Shown piece by piece: positions 28,710 through 38,940 of a stretch of 64,000 nucleotides of DNA (position 1 is the stretch's first letter; each line of letters opens with the position of its first letter). The translations under genes were made by a program, and so were the position numbers. The notes beneath the pieces are model-generated. The model made no database searches and was not told the DNA's origin. It worked only from the letters and a program-made list of their open reading frames with translations. Origin of the DNA: Bradymonadia bacterium (GTDB lineage: Bacteria > Myxococcota_A > Bradymonadia > UBA7976 > UBA1532); NCBI GenBank assembly GCA_046290225.1, contig JBKAGE010000044.1, positions 1 through 64,000 on the forward strand. Direction: 5' to 3'.

Positions 28710-30041
28710 CTATGCGCCAACAGCGGCGGCGGTTGCGCCGGGGGTGATCTGGAAAGCCTCGAGCTGGTTGAGCCCGAGGGCGCGGCCGCTGGGTCGATGG
28801 AGCACGATGACCCGAGCACCTGCTGCTTCGAGGCGCCGGTACACCGAGGGCAGCCCCTCGTTTCGGCGGGCAGAGATCTCAGCAGGATCAGGGGTGTCGA
28901 CGAGCCAGCGCTTGAGCTTGACGCCGACGCCCGTCGGAGGCGGCTCGGGCACATCGTCGACGGAGAGCACCAGCGTAGGTGATCCTGGCAGGCGGCCGAT
29001 GAAGTGCGCCACCCGGTCGAGCCAGGGGCCCGGCGCGCCAGGGGCGAAGATGAGGCAGCGGCCGAGCTGCGCCGGAGGCACCTCGCTGAGCAGCGACTCG
29101 AGGCCTCTGCCGCCGTCGTCGCGGTGGTGGGCCGAGTCGATGATGGCTTCTACAGCCTCACCGGCGTTGTCCACGGGCCTGGGGGCCCCGTCGGCGGTGA
29201 AAACGAAGTCCACCCCGAGCAGCCCCTGCTCGAGGAACATACGGGCCACCGAGGCCGAAGGCTCATCTCCGGGGCCCGCCACCATGGCGGCCACGGCGCT
29301 CGGGGTCGGGGAGATGGCCCGCTCGGGCTGGCGCACCAGCAGCCGTCGGCTGCGGGCGTAGGCCTTCCAGACGATGAGGCGCATAGGATCGCCAGGCTGA
29401 TACCGGCGCATCTCGATGTACTCACCCTGGGGCTCCCCCTCGGGGTGAGACAGCGCCTCGCCTGAGGTCTGGCGTAAAATCGTCGTGAGATCAGCCCCGC
29501 CGGGGCTCGGCGCCACCCGCAAGGCGGCAGCCCGGGTGATGACGAAGCCGATGGCGGTGAGGCCGAGCACGTCGCCCACGGTGATCTCTCTGACGACCTC
29601 TTGATGGCGGCCTCGACCGTAGGGGGTGATCTCTTCTGTGAGCCACGGCCCCTGATGCCCGACATCGACCCCCACCTCTCCCGGGGTGAGCCAGGCCACT
29701 CGGACCTTGATCAGAGGCCACCATCGCAGCGCCGGGCACCGAAAGTCGGTGGTGAAGGGCGAGCCGACGAAGGCTGATCGAGCCACAGGGGGCGCGTCGC
29801 GATGTGTGCGCAGCCACCAGGCCACGTAGCCGGCCCCCAGAAGGGTGAGGAGCAAGCACACCACAACAGCGCCGAGGGCGAGCATGGTGCCTGCCCGCAG
29901 GATGAAGTCGGACTCGTCACGGCCATAGTAGATGTAGCCCAGCCACGCCCCGGCAGCGAGCAGCATGCCCGGCAGGGTGAGCGGCCATGTACGGCGTACT
30001 GGCCGGAGTGGTTCGAGCAGGAGACGAAGTCGACGCATCAT
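28710..30041 (-). CDS. DUF58 domain protein
   Basis: MRRYQPGDPMRLIVWKAYAR motif; two N-terminal TM helices; usual MoxR partner. Confidence 0.88.
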   Translation of the reverse strand: MMRRLRLLLEPLRPVRRTWPLTLPGMLLAAGAWLGYIYYGRDESDFILRAGTMLALGAVVVCLLLTLLGAGYVAWWLRTHRDAPPVARSAFVGSPFTTDFRCPALRWWPLIKVRVAWLTPGEVGVDVGHQGPWLTEEITPYGRGRHQEVVREITVGDVLGLTAIGFVITRAAALRVAPSPGGADLTTILRQTSGEALSHPEGEPQGEYIEMRRYQPGDPMRLIVWKAYARSRRLLVRQPERAISPTPSAVAAMVAGPGDEPSASVARMFLEQGLLGVDFVFTADGAPRPVDNAGEAVEAIIDSAHHRDDGGRGLESLLSEVPPAQLGRCLIFAPGAPGPWLDRVAHFIGRLPGSPTLVLSVDDVPEPPPTGVGVKLKRWLVDTPDPAEISARRNEGLPSVYRRLEAAGARVIVLHRPSGRALGLNQLEAFQITPGATAAAVGA

Positions 30042-30270
30042 GATCGCAAATGAACCGTGTGAGCAGGACAGGCGATTCCCCGGCATGTGCTTTCCCTCGC
30101 AGCCGCGTCGAGTCACCCCCTGAGGGGTGCACAACAAAGCACATACAGTTGACAGCAAACTGCACGTCCGAGCGGAGGGCAAGATCTCTTCAGCCCCTCT
30201 TCACACTGCCATCGACCTGCGAACCGGAGTAACGTCTCCCCACGCACACCGCACAGGATGCCCCCCGACG

Positions 30271-31389
30271 TTGGCTCCCAACGCCCCCACGACCACTCTG
30301 GAGCACCGCCTCGAGCCTGGCCCCGACGGCGCCACGCTGTTCTTAAGCGGTCACCTCGGCCGGCTGCAGGTCAAGGCCTTGAGCGCCCTACTCTCCGAAA
30401 GCACGCGGGGGGGGCTCACCCTCGATCTCAGCGAGGTGCGCTCCATGGACTCCGCGGTGGTGGCCACGTTGATCCAGGGGTGGCGGGCGGCGAGCCTCAC
30501 GGGCGGGCGCTTCACCGTGGGCCCCATGAGCGAGCCCGCCCGACAAGCGCTGAGCCTGTTCCGCCTCAACGACGTCGTCGAGCCTCCACCGCGGCCGCCG
30601 GGCTTCTTCGAGGCCATCGGCGCCGGGCTCTATGGCACCCGAGACGGCTTCAAAGCCTTCTTCGATCTGAGCCTCACCAGTTTCTCCGCCATCGGCCGGG
30701 TGTTGTTGAGCCCCCGCAGTTTTCGGTGGCACCACCTGATCGACCAGTGCATCTACATCGGCTCTCAGGCCCTGCCCATCGTGGGCCTCATCTGCTTCTT
30801 GATCGGCCTGGTGCTCGCGTTTCAGTCGGCCCACCAGCTGCGACAGTTCGGCGCCGACATCTTCGTCGCCGATCTCACCGCCGTGGCCATGGTCCGGGAG
30901 ATGGGCCCCCTCATGACCGCCATCCTCGTCGCCGGCCGCTCCGGGAGCAGCATCGCCGCGGAGATCGCCACCATGAAGGTGAGCGAAGAGGTGGACGCCC
31001 TCGAGGTCATGGGGGTCGAGCCCATCGGCTATCTCGCGGTGCCCCGGCTGCTGGCCATCACCCTCATGATGCCCCTGCTCACCATCCTCGCGGACCTGCT
31101 GGGCATTCTCGGCGGGTTCCTGGTGGGCACCCTGTATCTCGACATCGCCTGGAACGCCTTCTTGAACCAGACCATCGCCGTCTTGACCCCCTGGGACGTC
31201 ACCACGGGCATCATCAAGAGTGGGGTCTTCGCCTTCGGCATCGGCCTCATCGGGCTGCACAACGGGTTCCGGGTGAGCGGGGGCGCCGGCGAGGTGGGCC
31301 GCACCACCACCTCGTCGGTGGTGGCCTCGATCTTCTATGTAATCGTCGCTGACGCTGTGTTCAGCATCCTCTTCTACATCGTGCTCTGA
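30271..31389 (+). CDS. mlaE: STAS-fused MlaE family ABC permease (start uncertain)
   Basis: STAS LDLSEVRSMDSA; REMGPLMTAILVAGRSGS, EEVDALEVMG, VGRTTTSSVV. Confidence 0.92.
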   Translation: MAPNAPTTTLEHRLEPGPDGATLFLSGHLGRLQVKALSALLSESTRGGLTLDLSEVRSMDSAVVATLIQGWRAASLTGGRFTVGPMSEPARQALSLFRLNDVVEPPPRPPGFFEAIGAGLYGTRDGFKAFFDLSLTSFSAIGRVLLSPRSFRWHHLIDQCIYIGSQALPIVGLICFLIGLVLAFQSAHQLRQFGADIFVADLTAVAMVREMGPLMTAILVAGRSGSSIAAEIATMKVSEEVDALEVMGVEPIGYLAVPRLLAITLMMPLLTILADLLGILGGFLVGTLYLDIAWNAFLNQTIAVLTPWDVTTGIIKSGVFAFGIGLIGLHNGFRVSGGAGEVGRTTTSSVVASIFYVIVADAVFSILFYIVL

Positions 31390-31420
31390 GGGGTGTCGTG
31401 ATGGATTGGGTGAAGGCTTC

Positions 31421-32212
31421 ATGACAGAGACCGCAGCGCTCAAGGTCCGCGATCTCGTGGCCCGATACGGCACCCGCACGGTGCTCAATGGGGTGAACCT
31501 CACGGTGCCTCCTGGAGAGATCCGCGTGATCCTTGGCGGCTCCGGCGGCGGCAAGAGCACTCTGCTCAAGCACTGCATCGGCCTGCTCGAACCTGCAGAG
31601 GGCACCATCGAGATTCTTGGAGAGACCTACACCGACATGAGCCCTGCGGCGCGGGTGAAGCTCATGACCCGGGTGGGTGTGCTGTTCCAGAACGGCGCTT
31701 TGCTGGGCTCGCTCACCATCCGGGACAACGTGGCCCTGCCCCTGGTGGAGCACACCGATTTGCCCACCGACGTCATCGACGAGATCGTGCGCCTCAAGCT
31801 GATTCAGGTGGAGATGGGCCACGCCGCCTATCTGCTGCCCTCGGAGCTCTCCGGCGGGATGCGCAAGCGGGCGGCCCTGGCCCGGGCCATGGCCCTCGAC
31901 CCCGATCTGCTCTTCTGCGACGAGCCCTCCGCGGGGCTCGATCCGCTCACCAGCGCCGAGCTGGACAAGACCTTGATGCGCATGCGGGATCAGTTCGGCA
32001 TGGCGGTGGTGGTGGTCACCCACGAGATGGACAGCATCGAGACCATCACCGACAAGGCGATCTTTCTGTCGAAGGGCCAGGTGGTGGCCGACGGCACCCT
32101 CGACGATCTCAAGGCCAACGATCACCCCGAGGTGGTGGCCTTCTTCGCCCGGCAGGCCGCCGGGGACATGCGGGGGCCCCGGCGGGCCCTCGACGTACTC
32201 ACGGGAGGCTGA
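31421..32212 (+). CDS. mlaF: MlaF family ABC ATPase
   Basis: GGSGGGKST, LFQNGALL, ELSGGMRKR, CDEPSAGLDP, VTHE. Confidence 0.93.
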   Translation: MTETAALKVRDLVARYGTRTVLNGVNLTVPPGEIRVILGGSGGGKSTLLKHCIGLLEPAEGTIEILGETYTDMSPAARVKLMTRVGVLFQNGALLGSLTIRDNVALPLVEHTDLPTDVIDEIVRLKLIQVEMGHAAYLLPSELSGGMRKRAALARAMALDPDLLFCDEPSAGLDPLTSAELDKTLMRMRDQFGMAVVVVTHEMDSIETITDKAIFLSKGQVVADGTLDDLKANDHPEVVAFFARQAAGDMRGPRRALDVLTGG

Positions 32213-32214
32213 CT

Positions 32215-33243
32215 GTGGCCGTATCCAAGGGTCAAAAGGCCCGCCTGGGGGTCTTCGTCACCATCGCGGTGATCTGCCTGCTCGGGGCCCTCGTGGTGCT
32301 CGCGGGGCTGCGCCTCGGCGAGAGCCGGGACCCGTACACCGTGCGCTTTGGCGACGAGAACGTGTCCATGAGCGGCCTCGACGTGGGATCGCCGGTGAAG
32401 TACAGCGGCATCCAGATCGGCCGGGTAGAGACCATCTCCGTCGACCCGGAAGACGTCTCGGTCATCGTGGTGTCACTGTCGCTCAACCCCGGCACCCCCA
32501 TCGCGGAAGACTCCGTGGCCAGCCTCGGCAGCCTGGGCATCACCGGGCTCAAGTACGTCGAGCTGACCCGAGGCAGCAAGGGGGCCCGGGTGCGCGAGCC
32601 CGGAGAGGTCATCCCCGCGGGGCCTTCGCTCATCGACGATCTGACCAACCAGGCAGCGGTCATCAGCAAGCAGGTGAGCGTGGTGCTCGATCGGGTGGCG
32701 GCCTTCACCTCGCCGAAGATGCAGGCTCAGGTGTCGAGCCTGCTCTCCCGGGCCGACAAGATCCTCGAAACCTACGAGACCCTCGGAGCCGAGAACCGCG
32801 AGCGCCTGCGCTCGGTGCTCACCCGCACCGACGCCATCATGGCCAACGCCGAGAAAGTCAGCGCCGAGCTCACCGGCACGGTGCGCAGAGTGAACGCCTT
32901 GCTCGATGACGTGCGGCCGGGTATGCACCGGGCCTCGAGCGGCGCCGCCCGGCTGGTGAACAACATCGAGCGCACCCGCCAGCTGCTCGACGAGAACCTC
33001 GAGGCGAGCAAGCGCCTGATCGAGAACGTCGCCGATCTCAGCGGCCCCGAAGGCGCGCAGAAGACCCTGGCTTCGCTCGATCGACTCGCCACCCGGAGCA
33101 CCCAGCTGATCTCTCAGGCCCGGGGTGATCTCGTCGAAGCCATCGGGTACCTGCGCGAGACCTCGGAGAACATGACGGAGTTCTCTGCGAAGGTGAAAGA
33201 CGATCCGTCGCTGCTGCTGCTCGGCGAGGAGGAAGAAGAGTGA
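32215..33243 (+). CDS. mlaD: MCE/MlaD family protein with long helical C-terminus
   Basis: N-terminal TM; SGLDVGSPVKYSGIQIGRV; GITGLKYVEL; coiled-coil tail ending DPSLLL. Confidence 0.9.
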   Translation: MAVSKGQKARLGVFVTIAVICLLGALVVLAGLRLGESRDPYTVRFGDENVSMSGLDVGSPVKYSGIQIGRVETISVDPEDVSVIVVSLSLNPGTPIAEDSVASLGSLGITGLKYVELTRGSKGARVREPGEVIPAGPSLIDDLTNQAAVISKQVSVVLDRVAAFTSPKMQAQVSSLLSRADKILETYETLGAENRERLRSVLTRTDAIMANAEKVSAELTGTVRRVNALLDDVRPGMHRASSGAARLVNNIERTRQLLDENLEASKRLIENVADLSGPEGAQKTLASLDRLATRSTQLISQARGDLVEAIGYLRETSENMTEFSAKVKDDPSLLLLGEEEEE

Positions 33244-33294
33244 TGCCCCGCAGAGTCATATCCCGCAGTGTCATACCCTGCAGTGTCATGCCCC
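33243..33294 (+). repeat. 15-bp imperfect tandem repeat x3.5 at the gene start
   Basis: atgccccgcagagtc/atatcccgcagtgtc/ataccctgcagtgtc/atgcccc. Confidence 0.8.
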
Positions 33295-35570
33295 ATACTG
33301 GGGGCCCCTGGGTCCGGATCGCCCTCGCCCTCGTCGCCCTGATGCTCGCCCAGGTGTTCACAACCGGTTGTGGCCGCACGCGGCCCAAGCGCACCTACTA
33401 CACCCTCACCTACCCTGCCCCGGAGCGGCGTCTCGAGCCACACCCCATCACGCTGCGGGTGAAGACGCTCTCGATCCCGCAGACCTATCGCCGGGCCGAG
33501 GTGGTCTTCCGCCCCGACGTGCACGAGATCCGCTACGACAAAAACCGCCGCTGGAGCGAGAAGCCCCAGCAGATGGTCACCGAGCTGATCGCCAACCACA
33601 TGCGGGCCTCCGGGGTGGCGGCTCAGGTGATGACCAACGCCGGGGAGCGGGATCCCGATTACGTGCTCGATGGCCAGATCGACGCCCTCGAGGTGGTGGA
33701 AGACGGTGAGGATCATCACGCCCGCCTTGCGGTCACCCTCTGGCTGACCCGCACCGCCGATGACACCGAGGTCTGGCGGGTGAGCTTCGACGAATACCAG
33801 CAAACCGCCGACACACAGGGCACCGAGGTTCGCAGCGCCGTGCGGGCCATGAGCCGCATCCTGGCGGTGCAGCTCGACAAGGTGTCGAGTCAGCTGCACG
33901 ATTTTTTAGACCAGAGCGGCCCTGACTCCAGCGCCTCCACTCAGGGAGCGCAGGGATCTTCGGGTCAGGCGCCGCCCTCGAAGGCCACCTCACCGCCGAA
34001 GAAAGCGTCTCAAGGCAACCCCCCCCAAATCGCCCCGCAGACCAACTTCGATATGTCCTCTGGCTGGTTCGAGCCGGATCCCGAGAGCCCCCTCAACGTC
34101 TACCCGCAGCTGCTCGCCGACGAGACCCCCCTGCCCCCGGGCCGAGGGGCGATCTTTCTGCCGGCGCTCTCCGGCGGCAACCGGGAGCCCCCGGTGGCGG
34201 TGTACGACGGCGAGGGCGGCAAGCTGGTGAAGAACGATCGCATGGGCCGCAAGATCGTCGTCGCTCCGGGCAATTACGTGGTGCACTTCGGCTCAGGCCC
34301 CACCGATCTGCAGCTCACCACCAAGGTGAAGGTGAAGGCCAACGCCGTCACCATCGTGCCTCCGGAGTGGGCCGCCGTGGAGATCCGGGTGGTGGATCCG
34401 CGTTTCATCCCCTTCCGCGGCACCTACGAGATCATCGAGGCCCGATCTCGGGCGGAGTACGGCCTGGGCTTCGGCGCCGACGAGCTGCTGGCAGAGCAGC
34501 TTCGGGTCTGGGTGCTGCCCAAAGGGCTCTACAAGATCATTCAGGCCGGCGGCACGTATCGCGATCGCACGAACTTCGTCACCGTGAACGTCAACGGCGG
34601 AGAGCTGACCCCTTACACCCTGGTCATCGACGAGGATGACGAAGAGGGGAACACCTTTCGCGGAGGCGGCATCCTGGTGAACCCCGTGCTCCAGGGCAAC
34701 TCCAACGTGGCGCAAGCTGCGGACCCCTGGCAGATCCGGGCGCTCCTCGGCGGCGACCTGCAGTTCGACCGCTCGAACGAGATCGGCGCTCAGCAGGGCT
34801 GGTCTCTGGCGCTCAACGTGTTCCTCGACAGCCGGGCCCGCTACCTCGAGGGACCCCACCTCTCGATCACCCGCCTGGAGATCGAGCAGGGACAGCTACG
34901 ACCTGCGGGGCAGGACGAGTTCCGGACCCAGACCGATCGCGCCTTCTTGAACACGGTCTACACCTATCGCTTGGTGTCGTGGTTCGGCCCTTATGGCCGC
35001 CTGGGCCTGGAGACGAAGCTGCTGGCCCGCTACCAGGACTACGACGAGCCCACCACCATCACCCTCGTGGACGAAGACGGGAACGAGACGGTCCTCGACA
35101 CGCCGCGGGAGCGCGTGCGTCTCGGCGGGGCGTTCTCGCCTACAGAGCCCCTCATCGGCGCCGGCGGCAACTTCATCGTATTGCAGACTCAGGCCCTCGA
35201 TTTGAGCCTGCGCACGGGCTTCGGCGCCCGGCCCACCTTCGCCTTCGGCCTGCGGGCCGTGGACAACAACGACAGCAGCCGCATCATCGACGTGGAGGAC
35301 AGCTTCCCCTGGGGGCTCGAGGGCACCATCGTGGCCCTGGGGCGTGTGTCGCGCTATGTGACCATCGCCACGGAGTTCGATGGCCTGATGGCGCTGTCGC
35401 CGGGCGACAAGAGCGTGTTCACGTGGCGCAACCAGCTCAACGTGCGCCTGTCGAGCTTCCTGTCGCTGATCTATCGCCTGAACCTGGAGCGCAACCCCAA
35501 CCTGGGCCTCGGTGATCAGGTGACCACTGATCACGACGTGCAGCTGCGCTTCTCGTACAACCTGTTCTGA
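33243..35570 (+). CDS. PqiC-like ABC auxiliary lipoprotein fused to beta-sandwich domains and a predicted outer-membrane beta-barrel
   Basis: Lipobox TTGC; YYTL, RWSEKP, DYVLDGQI PqiC motifs; C-terminal alternating beta-strands ending QLRFSYNLF. Confidence 0.75.
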   Translation: MPRRVISRSVIPCSVMPHTGGPWVRIALALVALMLAQVFTTGCGRTRPKRTYYTLTYPAPERRLEPHPITLRVKTLSIPQTYRRAEVVFRPDVHEIRYDKNRRWSEKPQQMVTELIANHMRASGVAAQVMTNAGERDPDYVLDGQIDALEVVEDGEDHHARLAVTLWLTRTADDTEVWRVSFDEYQQTADTQGTEVRSAVRAMSRILAVQLDKVSSQLHDFLDQSGPDSSASTQGAQGSSGQAPPSKATSPPKKASQGNPPQIAPQTNFDMSSGWFEPDPESPLNVYPQLLADETPLPPGRGAIFLPALSGGNREPPVAVYDGEGGKLVKNDRMGRKIVVAPGNYVVHFGSGPTDLQLTTKVKVKANAVTIVPPEWAAVEIRVVDPRFIPFRGTYEIIEARSRAEYGLGFGADELLAEQLRVWVLPKGLYKIIQAGGTYRDRTNFVTVNVNGGELTPYTLVIDEDDEEGNTFRGGGILVNPVLQGNSNVAQAADPWQIRALLGGDLQFDRSNEIGAQQGWSLALNVFLDSRARYLEGPHLSITRLEIEQGQLRPAGQDEFRTQTDRAFLNTVYTYRLVSWFGPYGRLGLETKLLARYQDYDEPTTITLVDEDGNETVLDTPRERVRLGGAFSPTEPLIGAGGNFIVLQTQALDLSLRTGFGARPTFAFGLRAVDNNDSSRIIDVEDSFPWGLEGTIVALGRVSRYVTIATEFDGLMALSPGDKSVFTWRNQLNVRLSSFLSLIYRLNLERNPNLGLGDQVTTDHDVQLRFSYNLF

Positions 35571-35650
35571 GGCACCGCTCACAGCGCTGGACACGGGCAC
35601 CTCGAGCCCGGAGACTTGTGCGCACTGTCTTTGATGAAGTCTGACCCTCC

Positions 35651-35845
35651 ATGACCGAACCACAAAAGCCCGTCGACAGCCTCTTCAAACCCCTGTGGGC
35701 CCGCGTCGGCGCCATGTTGCTCGCCATCACCTGGGCGGTCATCGAGGCCCAGCAGGGCAGCTGGGTCTGGACCGTCATCGCCGGGGGCATGGTGATCCTT
35801 GCCGCCTGGATGGTGATCTACGGCCCTGGGGAAGACGAGGCGTGA
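35651..35845 (+). CDS. Small membrane protein (DUF3329-like)
   Basis: FKPLWARV..two TM helices; GTGA overlap with the cyclase start. Confidence 0.6.
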   Translation: MTEPQKPVDSLFKPLWARVGAMLLAITWAVIEAQQGSWVWTVIAGGMVILAAWMVIYGPGEDEA

Positions 35846-37599
35846 GCACCGTCTCCGGCGGGCGGCCCGCCTTCTCGCTGCGCAACAAGCTCATGATCAT
35901 GGGCGCCCTGCTCACCGTGCTGCCCCTCGGCGCCGTGGGCCTCGCCCTGGTGGACATCAATGCCGACGCCTTGGAGCACACCACCCGGGAGTTCCAGCTC
36001 GCCATCACCAATGACGTGAGCCGCGCAGTAGAAGGCACATTCGAACGGGTGCAGGACACCCTCGACGCCGTGGCCCGCACCCTCACCGATGCCGACCTCC
36101 CTGGGCAGGCCCGCGTGGGCAACGCCCTGCGCCTCGTGGCCTCAGCGGCGGCGGTGGATCACGTGACGCTGTATGGCCCCGAGGGGCAGCTGCTCGACAC
36201 CATCCGCGAAGCCGCCGCCAGCACAGTGCAACCCTTGCAGACTTTGCCCGAGGCACTGCGCGCCCAGGCCGCCGATCCAAAGCAGAACGTGGCCACGGGC
36301 CGCGCAGTGCTCGTCGACGGGGGCGTGCGGGTGCCGCTGGTGGTGCCGCTACGCGCCGAGGGCAAGCTCACGGGCTATGCCGGCACGTTGATGTCGGTGG
36401 GGCCGGTACAGGATCGCCTCGAGCGGTTGATCGCGCTGCACTTCGAGGGCCTGCCCGATCCGCTGTGGATCATCGACGATCAAGAACGCCTCATCGCCGG
36501 CCCCACGGGCTCTGCGCCTCTGGGGCCAGCGCCGAAGTTGCCGCTGTTGGAGCTCGCCGCCCCGGAGGGCGGCCAGATGCTGGTGTCGCAGGTTTACGAG
36601 CAGGGCGATGGCGAGACCATGGTGGGGGCCCTGGTGCCCCTCACCGGGCGGCCGTGGCGCGTGATCCTGCAGCAGCCTCAGGCGGTCATCTATCACAGCC
36701 TGCGGCAGATGCGGCTCATCATCATCAGCACCATCATCGGGGCGATCCTCATCGCCCTCGTGGGGGCCTTGATGCTCGCCCGCCGAATCACCGCCCCCCT
36801 CGACCGGCTCTCGAAGTTCGCCGCAGCTTTGTCTCAACGACGCTTCAGCGAGCGCGTCACGGTGGACACCCGAGACGAGCTGTCTTTGTTGGGCCAGGCC
36901 CTGAGCAACGCCGCCGCCGATCTGGAGGCCAGCGAGGCCCGGATTCAGCGGGAGGTGGCCATCCGCAGCGACCTGGGCCGCTACCTGCCCTCCGAGCTCG
37001 TCGACCGTGTTGTGGCCCGAGAGCAGGACATGGGCCTCGGCGGTAGGCGTATGCCCATCACCGTGCTCTTCGCCGACGTGGTGGCCTTCACCCCCATGAC
37101 TGAGCAGCTCGCGCCAGAGCAGGTGGTCTCCCTGCTCAACGAGCTGTTCACCCTCATGACCGAGGTGGTCTTTCGCCACGGCGGCACCGTAGACAAATTC
37201 GTGGGTGACTGCGTCATGGCCATCTGGGGAGCGCCCCGGCCCGAACCCGAGCACGCCGCCCAGGCCCTTGCCGCCGCCGAAGACATGATGCGCTGGCTCG
37301 AGATCGGCAACGAGGGCTGGTCGAAGACCTATGGCACCACGATCCAGCTCGCCATCGGCCTCAACACCGGCGAGTGCATCGTGGGCAACATCGGATCCGA
37401 GAGCCGCATGGAGTACACCGCCATCGGCGACGCGGTGAACGTCGCCGCCCGCCTCGAGGCCATCGCCCGCCCGCAGCAGATCGTCGTCTCCGAGACCACG
37501 CGAGCCGCCGCCGGTGACGACTTCGAATACATCGATCTCGGTACGCACCCCATCGCCGGCAAGGGCACAGGCATGCAACTCTTCGAGGTGCGGCCGTGA
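35842..37599 (+). CDS. Membrane class III adenylate cyclase (Cache-HAMP-cyclase)
   Basis: Two TMs, HAMP (TRDELSLLG), FADVVAFT, DKFVGDCVM, EYTAIGDAVNVAARLE. Confidence 0.93.
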   Translation: MSTVSGGRPAFSLRNKLMIMGALLTVLPLGAVGLALVDINADALEHTTREFQLAITNDVSRAVEGTFERVQDTLDAVARTLTDADLPGQARVGNALRLVASAAAVDHVTLYGPEGQLLDTIREAAASTVQPLQTLPEALRAQAADPKQNVATGRAVLVDGGVRVPLVVPLRAEGKLTGYAGTLMSVGPVQDRLERLIALHFEGLPDPLWIIDDQERLIAGPTGSAPLGPAPKLPLLELAAPEGGQMLVSQVYEQGDGETMVGALVPLTGRPWRVILQQPQAVIYHSLRQMRLIIISTIIGAILIALVGALMLARRITAPLDRLSKFAAALSQRRFSERVTVDTRDELSLLGQALSNAAADLEASEARIQREVAIRSDLGRYLPSELVDRVVAREQDMGLGGRRMPITVLFADVVAFTPMTEQLAPEQVVSLLNELFTLMTEVVFRHGGTVDKFVGDCVMAIWGAPRPEPEHAAQALAAAEDMMRWLEIGNEGWSKTYGTTIQLAIGLNTGECIVGNIGSESRMEYTAIGDAVNVAARLEAIARPQQIVVSETTRAAAGDDFEYIDLGTHPIAGKGTGMQLFEVRP

Positions 37600-38927
37600 G
37601 CGCCGACCTGGGCCCGCCTGGGGGTCTGCAGATCGGCCAGATTGTCGCTGGTCGTTACCGTATCGAGGGTCAAATCGGCCAGGGGGGCACCGGCACGGTC
37701 TATCGAGCCACCCACCTCGCCCTGGAGCGCGAGGTGGCGGTGAAGATCCTGCTGCCTCAACGCCAGACCATGTCGGTCTATCGGGCCCGCTTCGAGCGCG
37801 AGGCTCGGGTGGCCAGCGCACTGCAGCACCCCGGCGCGGTGCACATCTACGACTTCGGAGAAGACGAAGGGGCGCTGTACCTCGTGATGGCGCTGCTCAC
37901 GGGGCAGACCCTGCGGCAGGCCCTCGGTACGGGCAACGCGCTGCCGTACGCCCAGACGCTGCAGGTGACCCGGGGCCTCGTCGACTTGCTGGTGGCGGCC
38001 CACGGTATGGGGCTGGTCCATCGGGATCTCAAGCCGGAGAACATCTTCCTGGAGCCCATCGCCCACCCACGAAGAGACGGCCCGGAGTCACAGGTCATGG
38101 TGGTGGACTTCGGGCTGGCCTACATCGAGGACGACGACACTCGAGGCCGGGTGACGGAGAGCGGCATGATGTCGGGCACCCCCCAATACATGTCCCCTGA
38201 GCAGTGCCGGTCAAAAGAGGTAGGGGCGCCCTCCGACATCTACGCCCTGGGCTGTATTCTGTATGAGCTGCTCACAGGGCAGCTGCCCTTCGATGGTGCC
38301 CTCTTCGAGATCATGAGCGCCCACCTCTACACCCCACCAGTGGCACCGAGCCTGTTGCCCGGCGCCGAAGAGATTCCCCGAGTCATGGACGATCTGGTCA
38401 TGCGGCTGTTGCGCAAACGACCCTCTGATCGACCCTCTGCCCCAGACGTCCTACGGGTGGTGGACGCCATCATCGGCCGCGCTGGCGGTCGTGAGCGTGG
38501 TCGAGACATCCGCATGCTCGGCGATCGCGCCACCCGCATGCTGGCCACGCCGCCGCCGAGGCTCGTGGCCAGCACGCCAGCGCCGTTGCCCACCGGCGGC
38601 GCCCAGGTGGGCGTGTGCGGCACGCTGAGCAATGATCTACAGCTGGCCCTGAAGCTGAACGGGGTGGTGCCGGTGTCACTCTCGGATCCCACTGAAGAGG
38701 CCCCACCGGTCATCCTGGCGCTCACCCTCGAGCCCGAGGCCCTGCCGGCGTGGCTGGCCACGGGTCGTCAGGTGGTGACCGCAGGAGATCCGAGCGATGT
38801 CGAAGGGCTGACCCGGCTACTGCGCATGGGCGTGGCCGAGGTGGTGCCCCACACAGCGACGGCAGCCGAGGTGGTCTCTCGAGTCAAACGGGCCCTACGG
38901 CGCGCCAAGCGAGGGCAACGTCGCTGA
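37596..38927 (+). CDS. Ser/Thr protein kinase with degenerate receiver-like C-terminal domain
   Basis: GQGGTG, VAVK, HRDLKPEN, DFG, GTPQYMSPE, DIYALG; GTGA overlap with the cyclase. Confidence 0.93.
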   Translation: MSADLGPPGGLQIGQIVAGRYRIEGQIGQGGTGTVYRATHLALEREVAVKILLPQRQTMSVYRARFEREARVASALQHPGAVHIYDFGEDEGALYLVMALLTGQTLRQALGTGNALPYAQTLQVTRGLVDLLVAAHGMGLVHRDLKPENIFLEPIAHPRRDGPESQVMVVDFGLAYIEDDDTRGRVTESGMMSGTPQYMSPEQCRSKEVGAPSDIYALGCILYELLTGQLPFDGALFEIMSAHLYTPPVAPSLLPGAEEIPRVMDDLVMRLLRKRPSDRPSAPDVLRVVDAIIGRAGGRERGRDIRMLGDRATRMLATPPPRLVASTPAPLPTGGAQVGVCGTLSNDLQLALKLNGVVPVSLSDPTEEAPPVILALTLEPEALPAWLATGRQVVTAGDPSDVEGLTRLLRMGVAEVVPHTATAAEVVSRVKRALRRAKRGQRR

Positions 38928-38940
38928 GCGCGCCTTGTGT

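Noticed and set aside
24811..29361. Long plus-strand ORFs (496 aa, 589 aa) and similar antisense ORFs elsewhere
   Set aside because: Shadow frames of well-supported opposite-strand genes, expected at high GC
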